24,000 bases of DNA from Tepidanaerobacter syntrophicus (GCF_001485475.2 NZ_DF977002.1:132426-156425), one strand, 5' to 3'. Positions 16,459 through 23,814 are shown, numbered from the stretch's first letter. Notes: a model not told the origin generated them from the sequence alone. Translations and numbers: made by a program.

Positions 16459-17424
16459 TTATTCTTTTAATTTTAAAGGAGCTGTTCTTGTCTTCATGTA
16501 ATTATTCATCCATTCTTCTGTAGCAACTTGATAAATCGTTTTATTGTTTTCAACTGAGCACGTATAAACAGTTGGAGGCAATTTTTCGGTAGCTACTACA
16601 AAAGAGAACCCTTCAATATTTGTAGCAGCGCCAAACTCTCCTTTATTGTTGAGGCAAACTACGGATATATCTCCCGCCTTTTGTCTTCTGCTTACAAGCA
16701 GATTAGTAAGTTCGAAGACGGCCTTATCTGCCGCCTCTTGAGGAGTATAGCCCTCCTTCATCAACCTGACTATTTCATAAGAGATACAGCCTTTCATTAT
16801 ATCTTCTCCCAGGCCTGTGGCAGTGGCCCCTCCTATCCTGCTGTCTACATAGAAACCCGAGCCTGATAAAGGAGAATCCCCCACCCTTCCTCTTTTCTTC
16901 ATAAAAAGGCCGCTTGTAGATGTGCCGCTGGCCATAGAATTATCTAAATCAAGAGCAACCATTCCTACAGTGTCGTGGCCGTCGTAGGGGCTCAGTCCTT
17001 TATCTATCGTTTCTTTTAATCTGTTTTTATAATGAATAACGGCTCTTTCGGTAAGCATGTTCATCCTTTCGAATCCATTTTTATGAGCATATTCCTCTGC
17101 GCCGTATCCTACCAAAAATGAATTAAATCTTTCTTCGCTTAACTTTCTGGCTATACTAATGGGATTCTTAAAATCTTTTATCGCCGCAACAGCCCCGATA
17201 GACAGGCTGTCGCCATCCATATATGCTGCATCGAGTTCAACTTCTCCGTTTTCATTGGGCAGACCGCCGTATCCAACAGATTTATAGTAAGGGAAATCTT
17301 CTACCATCTTTATAGCTGTTTCAATGGCATCTCCTGAACTTCCTCCGCCGGAAAGCAGCTTTGCTGATTTTTCAATACCTTCTAAGGCCATTCTCCAGGT
17401 GCCTATAATCGCCCAACTCATACC
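16459..17424 (-). CDS. Ntn-hydrolase of the asparaginase_2 family, glycosylasparaginase-like (N4-(beta-N-acetylglucosaminyl)-L-asparaginase / isoaspartyl peptidase)
   Basis: Autoprocessing and nucleophile motif DGHDTVGMVALD. HDT(I/V)GM is the glycosylasparaginase-type variant. Glycine-rich GSGFYVD and GGATATGLGEDIM are also present. ATG 17424 is preferred because GGAGG lies 7 nt upstream of it. The ORF track start is 17445. Confidence 0.8.
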   Translation of the reverse strand, partial: GMSWAIIGTWRMALEGIEKSAKLLSGGGSSGDAIETAIKMVEDFPYYKSVGYGGLPNENGEVELDAAYMDGDSLSIGAVAAIKDFKNPISIARKLSEERFNSFLVGYGAEEYAHKNGFERMNMLTERAVIHYKNRLKETIDKGLSPYDGHDTVGMVALDLDNSMASGTSTSGLFMKKRGRVGDSPLSGSGFYVDSRIGGATATGLGEDIMKGCISYEIVRLMKEGYTPQEAADKAVFELTNLLVSRRQKAGDISVVCLNNKGEFGAATNIEGFSFVVATEKLPPTVYTCSVENNKTIYQVATEEWMNNYMKTRTAPLKLKE

Positions 17425-17455
17425 ATCGCCTCCGCATCTCTTCATTGTATTTCAC

Positions 17456-18580
17456 CTATTTTGCTAAGTTATATATAGCCTGAGCAAATATCTTGCTGTT
17501 TAATATTATATCCTCTATATCCATATACTCATTTGGATTATGTGAAATTCCTTTCTGTCCAGGGAAAGAAGGTCCGAAAGGCACAATGTTAGGCATTATT
17601 TTTGCATAAGTTCCCCCTGTAGTTGTAACAGGCGTCCCATCTAATTTTGTAACCTCTTCATATGCCTTTTGCAGTGATTTAATCAAAAAAGAATTCTTGT
17701 CGAATTTAACCGGATTATAGTTTAAAAGAAGATTTAATTTTATGTTTTTCGAGAGCTTTGATTTTATTCTTTTTATTATTTCATCGATGCTTACAATCGC
17801 CGGATAGCTTAAGCTAAGATTAAACAGAAATTTGGAATCCTCGATATGAATATTATGGCCTCTCATCTCCATAACGCCAAATTCCTCATCGCTAAAATCA
17901 ATACCCAATCTGTCCCCATTGCTTTTACCGGATAGAATATAATCGTTTAAAAAGCTAAAAAGTTCATCGGCGGCGCTTTTATAGTTTTTGTCATCATAAT
18001 CTATTTCAAATTGGATATTTGCCCTTCCTCTTTCTCCATAGACAACAGGATATTTGCAATCCGGGGTAAAACCCATTATGGGAGGTTTCTCTTTTTTTAA
18101 ATAATATCTAACATCATCAAATCCGCTTTCTTCATCGGTGCCGAATACAATTCTGACTGGTTTACTCAATTTTAGCCGACATTCTTTAATGGCGTATAAA
18201 GCATACAGCGCAGCTAAAATAGGTCCTTTGTTATCTAATACGCCTCTGCCGTATATTTTCCCATCTTCAATGTGTCCGCTAAAAGGAGGAAACTTCCATC
18301 CTTCTCCTGCCGGCACTACATCTAGATGCCCTACAACCCCTATATATTCCTTGCCATCTCCGTACTGAGCATATCCAATGTAATTATCTAGATTATTTGT
18401 TTTAAAGCCTAAATTCTCTGCTATATCCAATGTCACAAATAGAGCTTTTTTTATCTCGTTTCCAAAGGGAGCATTATCCTTTGGTTCATCTTTGATGCTG
18501 GGTATATTGACCACTTCTATTATAGACTTTAATAATTCTTCCTTATGTTCATCAATTTTATTATTTAAATCCTGTTCCAT
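17456..18580 (-). CDS. M20A family dipeptidase, PepV/Sapep-like with a short lid domain
   Basis: GVVGHLDVVPAGEGW, GRGVLDNKGP, FGTDEESG, GFTPDCKYPVVYGERG and C-terminal TTGGTYAK...SHNPNEYM. At 374 aa it is about 90 aa shorter than my recollection of PepV (~470 aa). Confidence 0.85.
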   Translation of the reverse strand: MEQDLNNKIDEHKEELLKSIIEVVNIPSIKDEPKDNAPFGNEIKKALFVTLDIAENLGFKTNNLDNYIGYAQYGDGKEYIGVVGHLDVVPAGEGWKFPPFSGHIEDGKIYGRGVLDNKGPILAALYALYAIKECRLKLSKPVRIVFGTDEESGFDDVRYYLKKEKPPIMGFTPDCKYPVVYGERGRANIQFEIDYDDKNYKSAADELFSFLNDYILSGKSNGDRLGIDFSDEEFGVMEMRGHNIHIEDSKFLFNLSLSYPAIVSIDEIIKRIKSKLSKNIKLNLLLNYNPVKFDKNSFLIKSLQKAYEEVTKLDGTPVTTTGGTYAKIMPNIVPFGPSFPGQKGISHNPNEYMDIEDIILNSKIFAQAIYNLAK

Positions 18581-18608
18581 TTTTAAGTCTCCATCGTAAA
18601 AGTTGAGA

Positions 18609-18639
18609 TATGAGGTAGCCTTTGCAGAGCTACCTCATA
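18609..18639 (-). other. Strong intercistronic RNA hairpin (11-bp perfect stem), function unknown (SECIS-like or stability element)
   Basis: Minus strand reads TATGAGGTAGC-UCUGCAAAG-GCTACCTCATA. The loop can add C-G and U-A pairs, leaving a bulged U and a GCAA tetraloop. No U-tract follows. Confidence 0.8.
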
Positions 18640-18646
18640 AATATCT

Positions 18647-19168
18647 TCAATAGCATATTTTCTTTGCCAGTTCCTCTATGTCCTTTTTATCAAACATTTT
18701 TCGTGCTAATACGCAGATATTATTTAATGATTCACTTAATCCTATGCCTCCCTTTTTGGGCATCTTAACAATATGCAGCGCATCCTTGTATTCTGAAATA
18801 ATATCTTCGTTTTCCTTTGACATAGCGGCTACAACCGGTATATCTGTTTTGTCTTTTAAGTTTTTACCAATAACGGCACACATATATGCATATCCTTTGT
18901 AGTTATACGCAGGTCCGCAGATAACTACATCAGGATTTATTTTTTTCACCATAGCAGTCATTTTTTTAGTTACTACTTCTTCGTTTTCTTTAAAATAATC
19001 ATTGCCGCAATACAAGCAAGCTACGATTTCACCATCTACATTTTTAAGATGAGGCTCGATCATGGGAGCCGAACCTATTGATCCTTTTTTACCTCCCGGA
19101 GGAAGATCCGATCTTTCCTTGCCTCCCATTCCTGCTTGTATTTGGTCAAATATCATCAAAACCTTCAT
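18647..19168 (-). CDS. GrdB N-terminal-domain-like protein (glycine/sarcosine/betaine reductase component B family, short form)
   Basis: 173 aa. IFDQIQAGMGGKE, CGNDYF and ICGPAYNYKGYAYMCAVIG parallel the N-terminal NQFF.GIGGEEKA / CGD.YF / AGPAFNAGRYG pattern that I recall for GrdB. It contains a CLYC (CxxC) motif. It lacks the C-terminal two-thirds of GrdB and ends ...KKICY-TGA. Confidence 0.55.
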   Translation of the reverse strand: MKVLMIFDQIQAGMGGKERSDLPPGGKKGSIGSAPMIEPHLKNVDGEIVACLYCGNDYFKENEEVVTKKMTAMVKKINPDVVICGPAYNYKGYAYMCAVIGKNLKDKTDIPVVAAMSKENEDIISEYKDALHIVKMPKKGGIGLSESLNNICVLARKMFDKKDIEELAKKICY

Positions 19169-19230
19169 ATTAACCTTTTAACCTCCAGTTTACTGCCGTC
19201 GCCGGCAACTGACCTTATCGTATCGCAATC

Positions 19231-20577
19231 TTAAATATCATCTAAAGATAAATCGTCAAACGAAATATCCTCTAACTCATCTTCTTCGCTCTGATTCTCT
19301 TCGTCTTTTAGGTAACTCTTATCGAGTATCTTTATGAACGGGTAATATACGAAGCAGCCTAAAATCAGTAATAGAACTTGGAATGCCGATGCTTTTAAAC
19401 TGCCTGTCGACAAATATCCCGAAAAGCCCAAGGGTGTTGTCCACGGCAGCGAAACACCATTAGTATAAGGCAAAAATCCTGTTTCAAAGGCTATTGCCGA
19501 TAAAATTGTATTCATCAAAGGTACCCCTATAAAAGGTATAATCATTACAGGATTTAGCACGATTGGCAAACCAAATATAATAGGTTCATTAATTCCAAAA
19601 ATACCCGGTACAATCGACAATTTTCCTAATTGTTTAATCCTTTCTGATTTACAAACTGTCACCATAAGAATAACCAAAGAAAGGGTGCTTCCGCCGCCTC
19701 CAAATGTTTGAAAGAGATCAACAAATTGCCCTGTGTATATATGAGGTAATGGCAGTCCCGCTTCAAAAGCTGCTAAGTTTTCCATTGATAAAGTTCTAAA
19801 TATTGGCGAAAAAACTGAATTTGCCACTGCAGGTCCGTTTATTCCAAAGAACCAGAAAACAGAGCATGATACAACATATACAATTTGTGCTCCTAAACTG
19901 TTCCCAACTCCCATTAGCGGAGCTTGCAGCACAGTATATATGAAATTATGCGCAGATTCATATGGAGTAAGCTCAAACCCGATTCTTACCAAGAAAAATA
20001 CAAACATTACTAGAAAACTTGGTATTAAAGCTGCAAATGAATCAAAAACAGCAGGCGGTACTCCATGGGGAAGTTTTATAGTCCAGCCCTTTTTGTATCC
20101 CCAGTTGAATATTCGAACTGATAAAATCGAAACGAGCATTGCCAAAAATATTCCATTTGTTCCTATATAGGAGAAGCCTATAGCCCTTACAAAAGATGGC
20201 CCTTCTACGCCTTCATATGGAATTGCCGTAGGCATTAAGATTATAAAAGATACCAGTGAAACAATTGCTCCTTGTATTTTGTCTGCTCCTATTTCTCTAG
20301 CATAAGCATATCCTATGCCCACTACTGTTAATATTGATATGATATCAAAAGTCGCTCGTGCAACGTTAGAAAAGTATGATTCCCAACCTACTCCAAATAT
20401 TTTTGCCCAAAACTCTGACCAGCCCGGCACTGGAAAGTTTGCAAATAATATAAACATAGAACCGACAATGATTACCGGAGTGGAAATTAGAAATCCATCA
20501 CGTATAGCAACTAAAATCTTGTTTTTGCCCAGCATATCCGCAATAGGCATTAGAGCTTTTTCTAGCTTATTAAGCAT
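19231..20577 (-). CDS. PTS EIIC permease, lactose/cellobiose family
   Basis: 448 aa polytopic protein with GGGGSTLSL and VPGIFGINEPIIFGLPIVLNPVM motifs and an acidic C-terminal tail. Paralog of 10972-12342. RBS GAGGGGAG. Confidence 0.9.
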   Translation of the reverse strand: MLNKLEKALMPIADMLGKNKILVAIRDGFLISTPVIIVGSMFILFANFPVPGWSEFWAKIFGVGWESYFSNVARATFDIISILTVVGIGYAYAREIGADKIQGAIVSLVSFIILMPTAIPYEGVEGPSFVRAIGFSYIGTNGIFLAMLVSILSVRIFNWGYKKGWTIKLPHGVPPAVFDSFAALIPSFLVMFVFFLVRIGFELTPYESAHNFIYTVLQAPLMGVGNSLGAQIVYVVSCSVFWFFGINGPAVANSVFSPIFRTLSMENLAAFEAGLPLPHIYTGQFVDLFQTFGGGGSTLSLVILMVTVCKSERIKQLGKLSIVPGIFGINEPIIFGLPIVLNPVMIIPFIGVPLMNTILSAIAFETGFLPYTNGVSLPWTTPLGFSGYLSTGSLKASAFQVLLLILGCFVYYPFIKILDKSYLKDEENQSEEDELEDISFDDLSLDDI

Positions 20578-20579
20578 TG

Positions 20580-20912
20580 TTATTCTCCCCTCTTTTTATG
20601 ATTTTTCATAAGTAATATTGCTTTCTTTAAAACTCTCTCTCCATCCATCATCCCATAATCAGCGGAATCAATAACTCCAACCGGAACATTATAGTTTTCT
20701 AACCTTTTTTTGGTATCATCGAATAAATGGCTGACTTGAGGACCCAGCAAAATACAATCGGGATTCTTTTCTTCCATAATTTTTTCTAAAGTTTTAATTG
20801 AATGAGCCTTTACTTCTAGGGGTAAATTGTGTTTTTCCCCTATATCTTGCATCCTTTTAGCAAGCATGCTTGTGCTCATTCCTTGATCGCAAAATAGATA
20901 AATCTTTTTCAT
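20580..20912 (-). CDS. PTS EIIB component, lactose/cellobiose family
   Basis: MKKIYLFCDQGMSTS active-site Cys motif. RBS AGAGGTGA. Two nucleotides separate it from EIIC. Confidence 0.9.
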   Translation of the reverse strand: MKKIYLFCDQGMSTSMLAKRMQDIGEKHNLPLEVKAHSIKTLEKIMEEKNPDCILLGPQVSHLFDDTKKRLENYNVPVGVIDSADYGMMDGERVLKKAILLMKNHKKRGE

Positions 20913-20975
20913 TTATATTCACCTCTATCATTGTTTTAATCATATTAATTGCAATTATTGGTGGTCTTTTTGTGC

Positions 20976-21455
20976 TTAAAACTTGGATTTAGTATGTGCA
21001 TAATTGCAAATCAGTCGGGCTATTTCTTTCTTTGTATCAGCATCTAACAACTTCTTTACGGCTTCTACATCTCCTAATGAAGAAAACAGCTGTCCTATCA
21101 TCTTCAATCCTTGCCCCATTTCATCGCCTTCGGGAATAACAAACATAATAATAAGCTTCACTAAATTTCCTTTTTCATCCCAAACAATAGAATCCTTTGT
21201 TTTTAAGACAACTGCCGCTGTTCTAACTACATGTTTGGACCAGCCGTGAGGAATCGCCAAATAATCTCCTGCAAAGGTGAAACCTCTACTTTCTCTTTCG
21301 TATATATCTTTTAAAAAACCTGGTTTATCCGAAACAGCTCCCAGCTCTACCAGTAATTCCGCAAGTTTATCTATGGCTTCTTCCTTGGAACTTACATTAC
21401 AGTCTATAAGAATATTGTCCTCAGTGATTAAACCTTTATTTTTCATATTGCCCAT
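20976..21455 (-). CDS. Stand-alone PTS EIIA-2 (mannitol/fructose/Ntr type) protein
   Basis: 159 aa with the DYLAIPHG phosphohistidine motif and a complete domain length. ATG 21446 is an alternative start (AAGGA 8 nt upstream). It overlaps the regulator stop by 20 nt, or by 11 nt from the alternative start. Confidence 0.85.
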   Translation of the reverse strand: MGNMKNKGLITEDNILIDCNVSSKEEAIDKLAELLVELGAVSDKPGFLKDIYERESRGFTFAGDYLAIPHGWSKHVVRTAAVVLKTKDSIVWDEKGNLVKLIIMFVIPEGDEMGQGLKMIGQLFSSLGDVEAVKKLLDADTKKEIARLICNYAHTKSKF

Positions 21456-23253
21456 CCTTATTCAATCCTTCTCTTATCAAAAGTCTTATAAGATTTGATA
21501 AATAAGTATAATTAGAATAGTTGATGGCAATTATATATCTTTCTGCGCCTTTTTTCTTGATTGAATATCTCTTAACCGAGTTTTCTTTTTCCGCCTTAAG
21601 GTATAAATAGATATTGTCTTTGATACGGATTAGCCCATCTTCAATAAATAAGCTTTTAATCTCCCCTATCTCCTTTGTTTCATCGATAAACTTTAAAGAA
21701 ATGTCTTCACACTCTAAGGAAGAAGATTTTCTCTTATTTTCTAGTATATTCTCTATATAAATTTTTACATTTTCTTTATCTATCTCATTCAAAAAAGCCG
21801 ATACCATTAAATAAGGTTTATTTATATCCAAATCTACTGTGGAAATTATCAAATCTACTTTTTCTAAATCTGCATTGTTAATCGCATTAGATGAAATTAT
21901 CCCTGAAATTTCGATATTGCTGAAGGTCTTTGCCAATCTTGTAGCCAATAATCTGCTGGTGCCATAGCCGCTATGGCATATTACTACTGTTCGTACCTTT
22001 ATGGCACTGGCCATTTTTTCATTTTCGGAAATAAAATAGGATAGAATATATGCCACTTCATGATCGTTTATCATATTTACTCCGTATCTGTTGCAGAGTA
22101 AAAAGCAGCCAACTTTTACTATAAAAAATTCTTCTTTAAATTCTCTTAAGAAATCATCCAATAAAGGATTTGTAATTTGAATATTGTATTTTGCCCTGTT
22201 GAGCATAGGTCTTACATGCAGCAATAATTTATCGTATAAATCAAGGCTTAGATCGTAATTGACATTTAGCATTTGAGATATAATGCTTATTAAATCCTTG
22301 GTAAAATATACATAAGATAAATCAGATTCTTTAATGCATTTTTTATCATCTTCAAAACTTAGTCCGACAGATATTAGATATTTATACACATAAACAATTT
22401 CTTGTTTGTTAATCTTGATATCAAATTTCTTTTCTATTTCCTTGATCAAATATACGGCAGCGTCATACAGTCTTTCGTTTATTGCTAGCGTTGAATTATT
22501 GTAATCTGGATTATCTTCAATATAATTTCCATTGATTATCCTATTAGTCATAATAGCTAAATGGCTCAGCAGATTGGTGTAATAGGGTTCATAGATTACC
22601 AGCTTCAATTCATTTTCTAGGTGGTTTAGCAGCTCTTCGAAAAAGGAGAGAGATTCATCGCTTAAAATAGTATTAATTTCGGCGATATTAAGTTCCTTGT
22701 GTCGAATATTTTGATATTCGGATATATAGCTAGGATTGATTTTGGCATACTCTTGAATAGTCGAAACCAAGGCTTTTCTAATGTTTATTTCGCTGCCAAT
22801 TATTCTGGTTCCCTTCAAGGTTTTTGAAAGCTGCAAGTTGTACCTATCTAATCTTTTTTGAACCTCTTTTAAATCGTTATTAATGGAGGTCCTGCTGACC
22901 ATATATTTATCTGAAAGTTTCTGTATTGTGGTGTACTTGTTTGTATTTATAAGTAGATTTAACAGGATTTCGGTTCTTCTGTCTTCTACAGCCTTATCGC
23001 CGTCAAGAAGTGATATATCATTCAATATTTCGTTTAGTTTATCTAGTTGAGGCAAGGCATAGCATAACTTAATTCCCCTGCCTTGTTTCCTCTCTATTTT
23101 GACACCGATGGGATTTATTATTTCCTCAATATCATCAAGGTCCTTTGATATTGTTTTCACCGATGTCCCAAATATATTAGAAAAATATCTTATTGGCTGA
23201 TAATCATCTTGAATTATTAGTTTTTTTAGTAAATCTACTTGTCGTTTATTCAT
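21436..23253 (-). CDS. PRD-domain transcriptional activator (HTH, Mga-like HTH, PRD1, PRD2, EIIB-Gat-like) lacking an EIIA domain
   Basis: 605 aa. wHTH (FGTSVKTISKDLDDIEE), PRD histidines (LLSHLAIMTNR, LLLHVRPMLNR) and EIIB-like RTVVICHSGYGTS. The last ~95 aa contain no histidine. Confidence 0.85.
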   Translation of the reverse strand: MNKRQVDLLKKLIIQDDYQPIRYFSNIFGTSVKTISKDLDDIEEIINPIGVKIERKQGRGIKLCYALPQLDKLNEILNDISLLDGDKAVEDRRTEILLNLLINTNKYTTIQKLSDKYMVSRTSINNDLKEVQKRLDRYNLQLSKTLKGTRIIGSEINIRKALVSTIQEYAKINPSYISEYQNIRHKELNIAEINTILSDESLSFFEELLNHLENELKLVIYEPYYTNLLSHLAIMTNRIINGNYIEDNPDYNNSTLAINERLYDAAVYLIKEIEKKFDIKINKQEIVYVYKYLISVGLSFEDDKKCIKESDLSYVYFTKDLISIISQMLNVNYDLSLDLYDKLLLHVRPMLNRAKYNIQITNPLLDDFLREFKEEFFIVKVGCFLLCNRYGVNMINDHEVAYILSYFISENEKMASAIKVRTVVICHSGYGTSRLLATRLAKTFSNIEISGIISSNAINNADLEKVDLIISTVDLDINKPYLMVSAFLNEIDKENVKIYIENILENKRKSSSLECEDISLKFIDETKEIGEIKSLFIEDGLIRIKDNIYLYLKAEKENSVKRYSIKKKGAERYIIAINYSNYTYLSNLIRLLIREGLNKDGQYEK

Positions 23254-23403
23254 AATTCAATAATCCTCTCTAATTAAGATTATATATGTATATATTCTTC
23301 GAATCTATTACATATGACTTCCTTAACGATAAGTAAAATATGTTCAGTGAAAACCTAAAACCTAACGAGTTTGGGATTTCTCCTAATAAAATTTATATTA
23401 ACA

Positions 23404-23412
23404 TGTTATAAT
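23404..23412 (+). promoter_or_regulatory. Candidate extended -10 element upstream of queD
   Basis: TGtTATAAT lies 45 nt upstream of the queD ATG. No good -35 was seen. Confidence 0.35.
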
Positions 23413-23456
23413 AGAGTCAAATTATCTCAAGAATACCATAAGCTAGGAGGGAATCA

Positions 23457-23813
23457 ATGATTTTAACAAGAATATTCAAGTTTGATGCAGCTCATAACCT
23501 TGTAGAATATCATGGAAAATGTGAAAGGCTCCATGGACATACTTATAAGCTTGTAGTTAAATTAGAGGGCAAGCCGGGAAAAGAAGATATGATTATGGAT
23601 TTTTCTGAGCTAAAACGCATTGTTGAATCCACAATATTGCAGCAGCTAGACCACTCCTATCTGAATGACTTTATAAAACAACCTTCTGCAGAAAACATCT
23701 CAAGATGGATTTGGGACAGACTATATAATGAATTATCCAGAGAAAACTGCCGACTTTATGAAATCCAGGTTTGGGAAACTGAAAATTGTGGAGTCACATA
23801 CAGGGGTGAATGA
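23457..23813 (+). CDS. queD: 6-carboxy-5,6,7,8-tetrahydropterin synthase (QueD)
   Basis: 118 aa. FDAAHNL...HGKCERLHGHTYKL is the Cys-x3-His-Gly-His zinc/catalytic motif of the PTPS/QueD family. RBS AGGAGGG. Confidence 0.9.
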   Translation: MILTRIFKFDAAHNLVEYHGKCERLHGHTYKLVVKLEGKPGKEDMIMDFSELKRIVESTILQQLDHSYLNDFIKQPSAENISRWIWDRLYNELSRENCRLYEIQVWETENCGVTYRGE

Positions 23814-23814
23814 T

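Noticed and set aside
18581-18649. A true GrdB-like/M20 fusion protein produced by double UGA read-through.
   Set aside because: The M20 gene has its own GGAGA RBS and an ATG with a normal PepV-like N-terminus. The 18 linker codons show no conserved character. Sharing a frame has a one-in-three chance. Only the first-UGA Sec hypothesis was kept as a finding.
163-21498. About two dozen 60-150-aa ORFs in the track that lie antisense to, or in alternative frames of, the large genes. Examples: 163-363, 682-951, 1104-1313, 2059-2316, 2417-2611, 4245-4523, 6341-6664, 7097-7423, 8360-8545, 8555-9013, 9222-9443, 9462-9812, 9891-10193, 10205-10390, 10710-10904, 11481-11666, 15377-15610, 16681-16866, 18138-18368, 18678-18902, 19940-20170, 20315-20611, 21004-21249 and 21277-21498.
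   Set aside because: Each is fully or largely embedded in a gene with strong family motifs. Their translations are low-complexity (Ser/Leu/Phe/Ile-rich), show no recognisable motifs and lack RBSs. They look like typical shadow ORFs.
20976-23253. Regulator 2 plus the EIIA-2 ORF read as a single frameshifted pseudogene.
   Set aside because: The EIIA-2 ORF is a complete domain with its own ATG codons and RBS-like AAGGA. The regulator already has a ~95-aa tail after its EIIB-like domain, and a fusion of ~760 aa would be far longer than typical LicR/MtlR proteins. A sequencing error cannot be excluded from sequence alone.
23413-23456. A possible preQ1 riboswitch in the ~40-nt queD leader. The size is right for class I, and que operons in Firmicutes often carry one.
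   Set aside because: I could not find a P1 stem, the conserved loop or the A-rich tail followed by CUA/AGG pairing. The sequence caaattatctcaagaataccataagctaggaggg does not fold that way by eye. A covariance-model scan would settle it.
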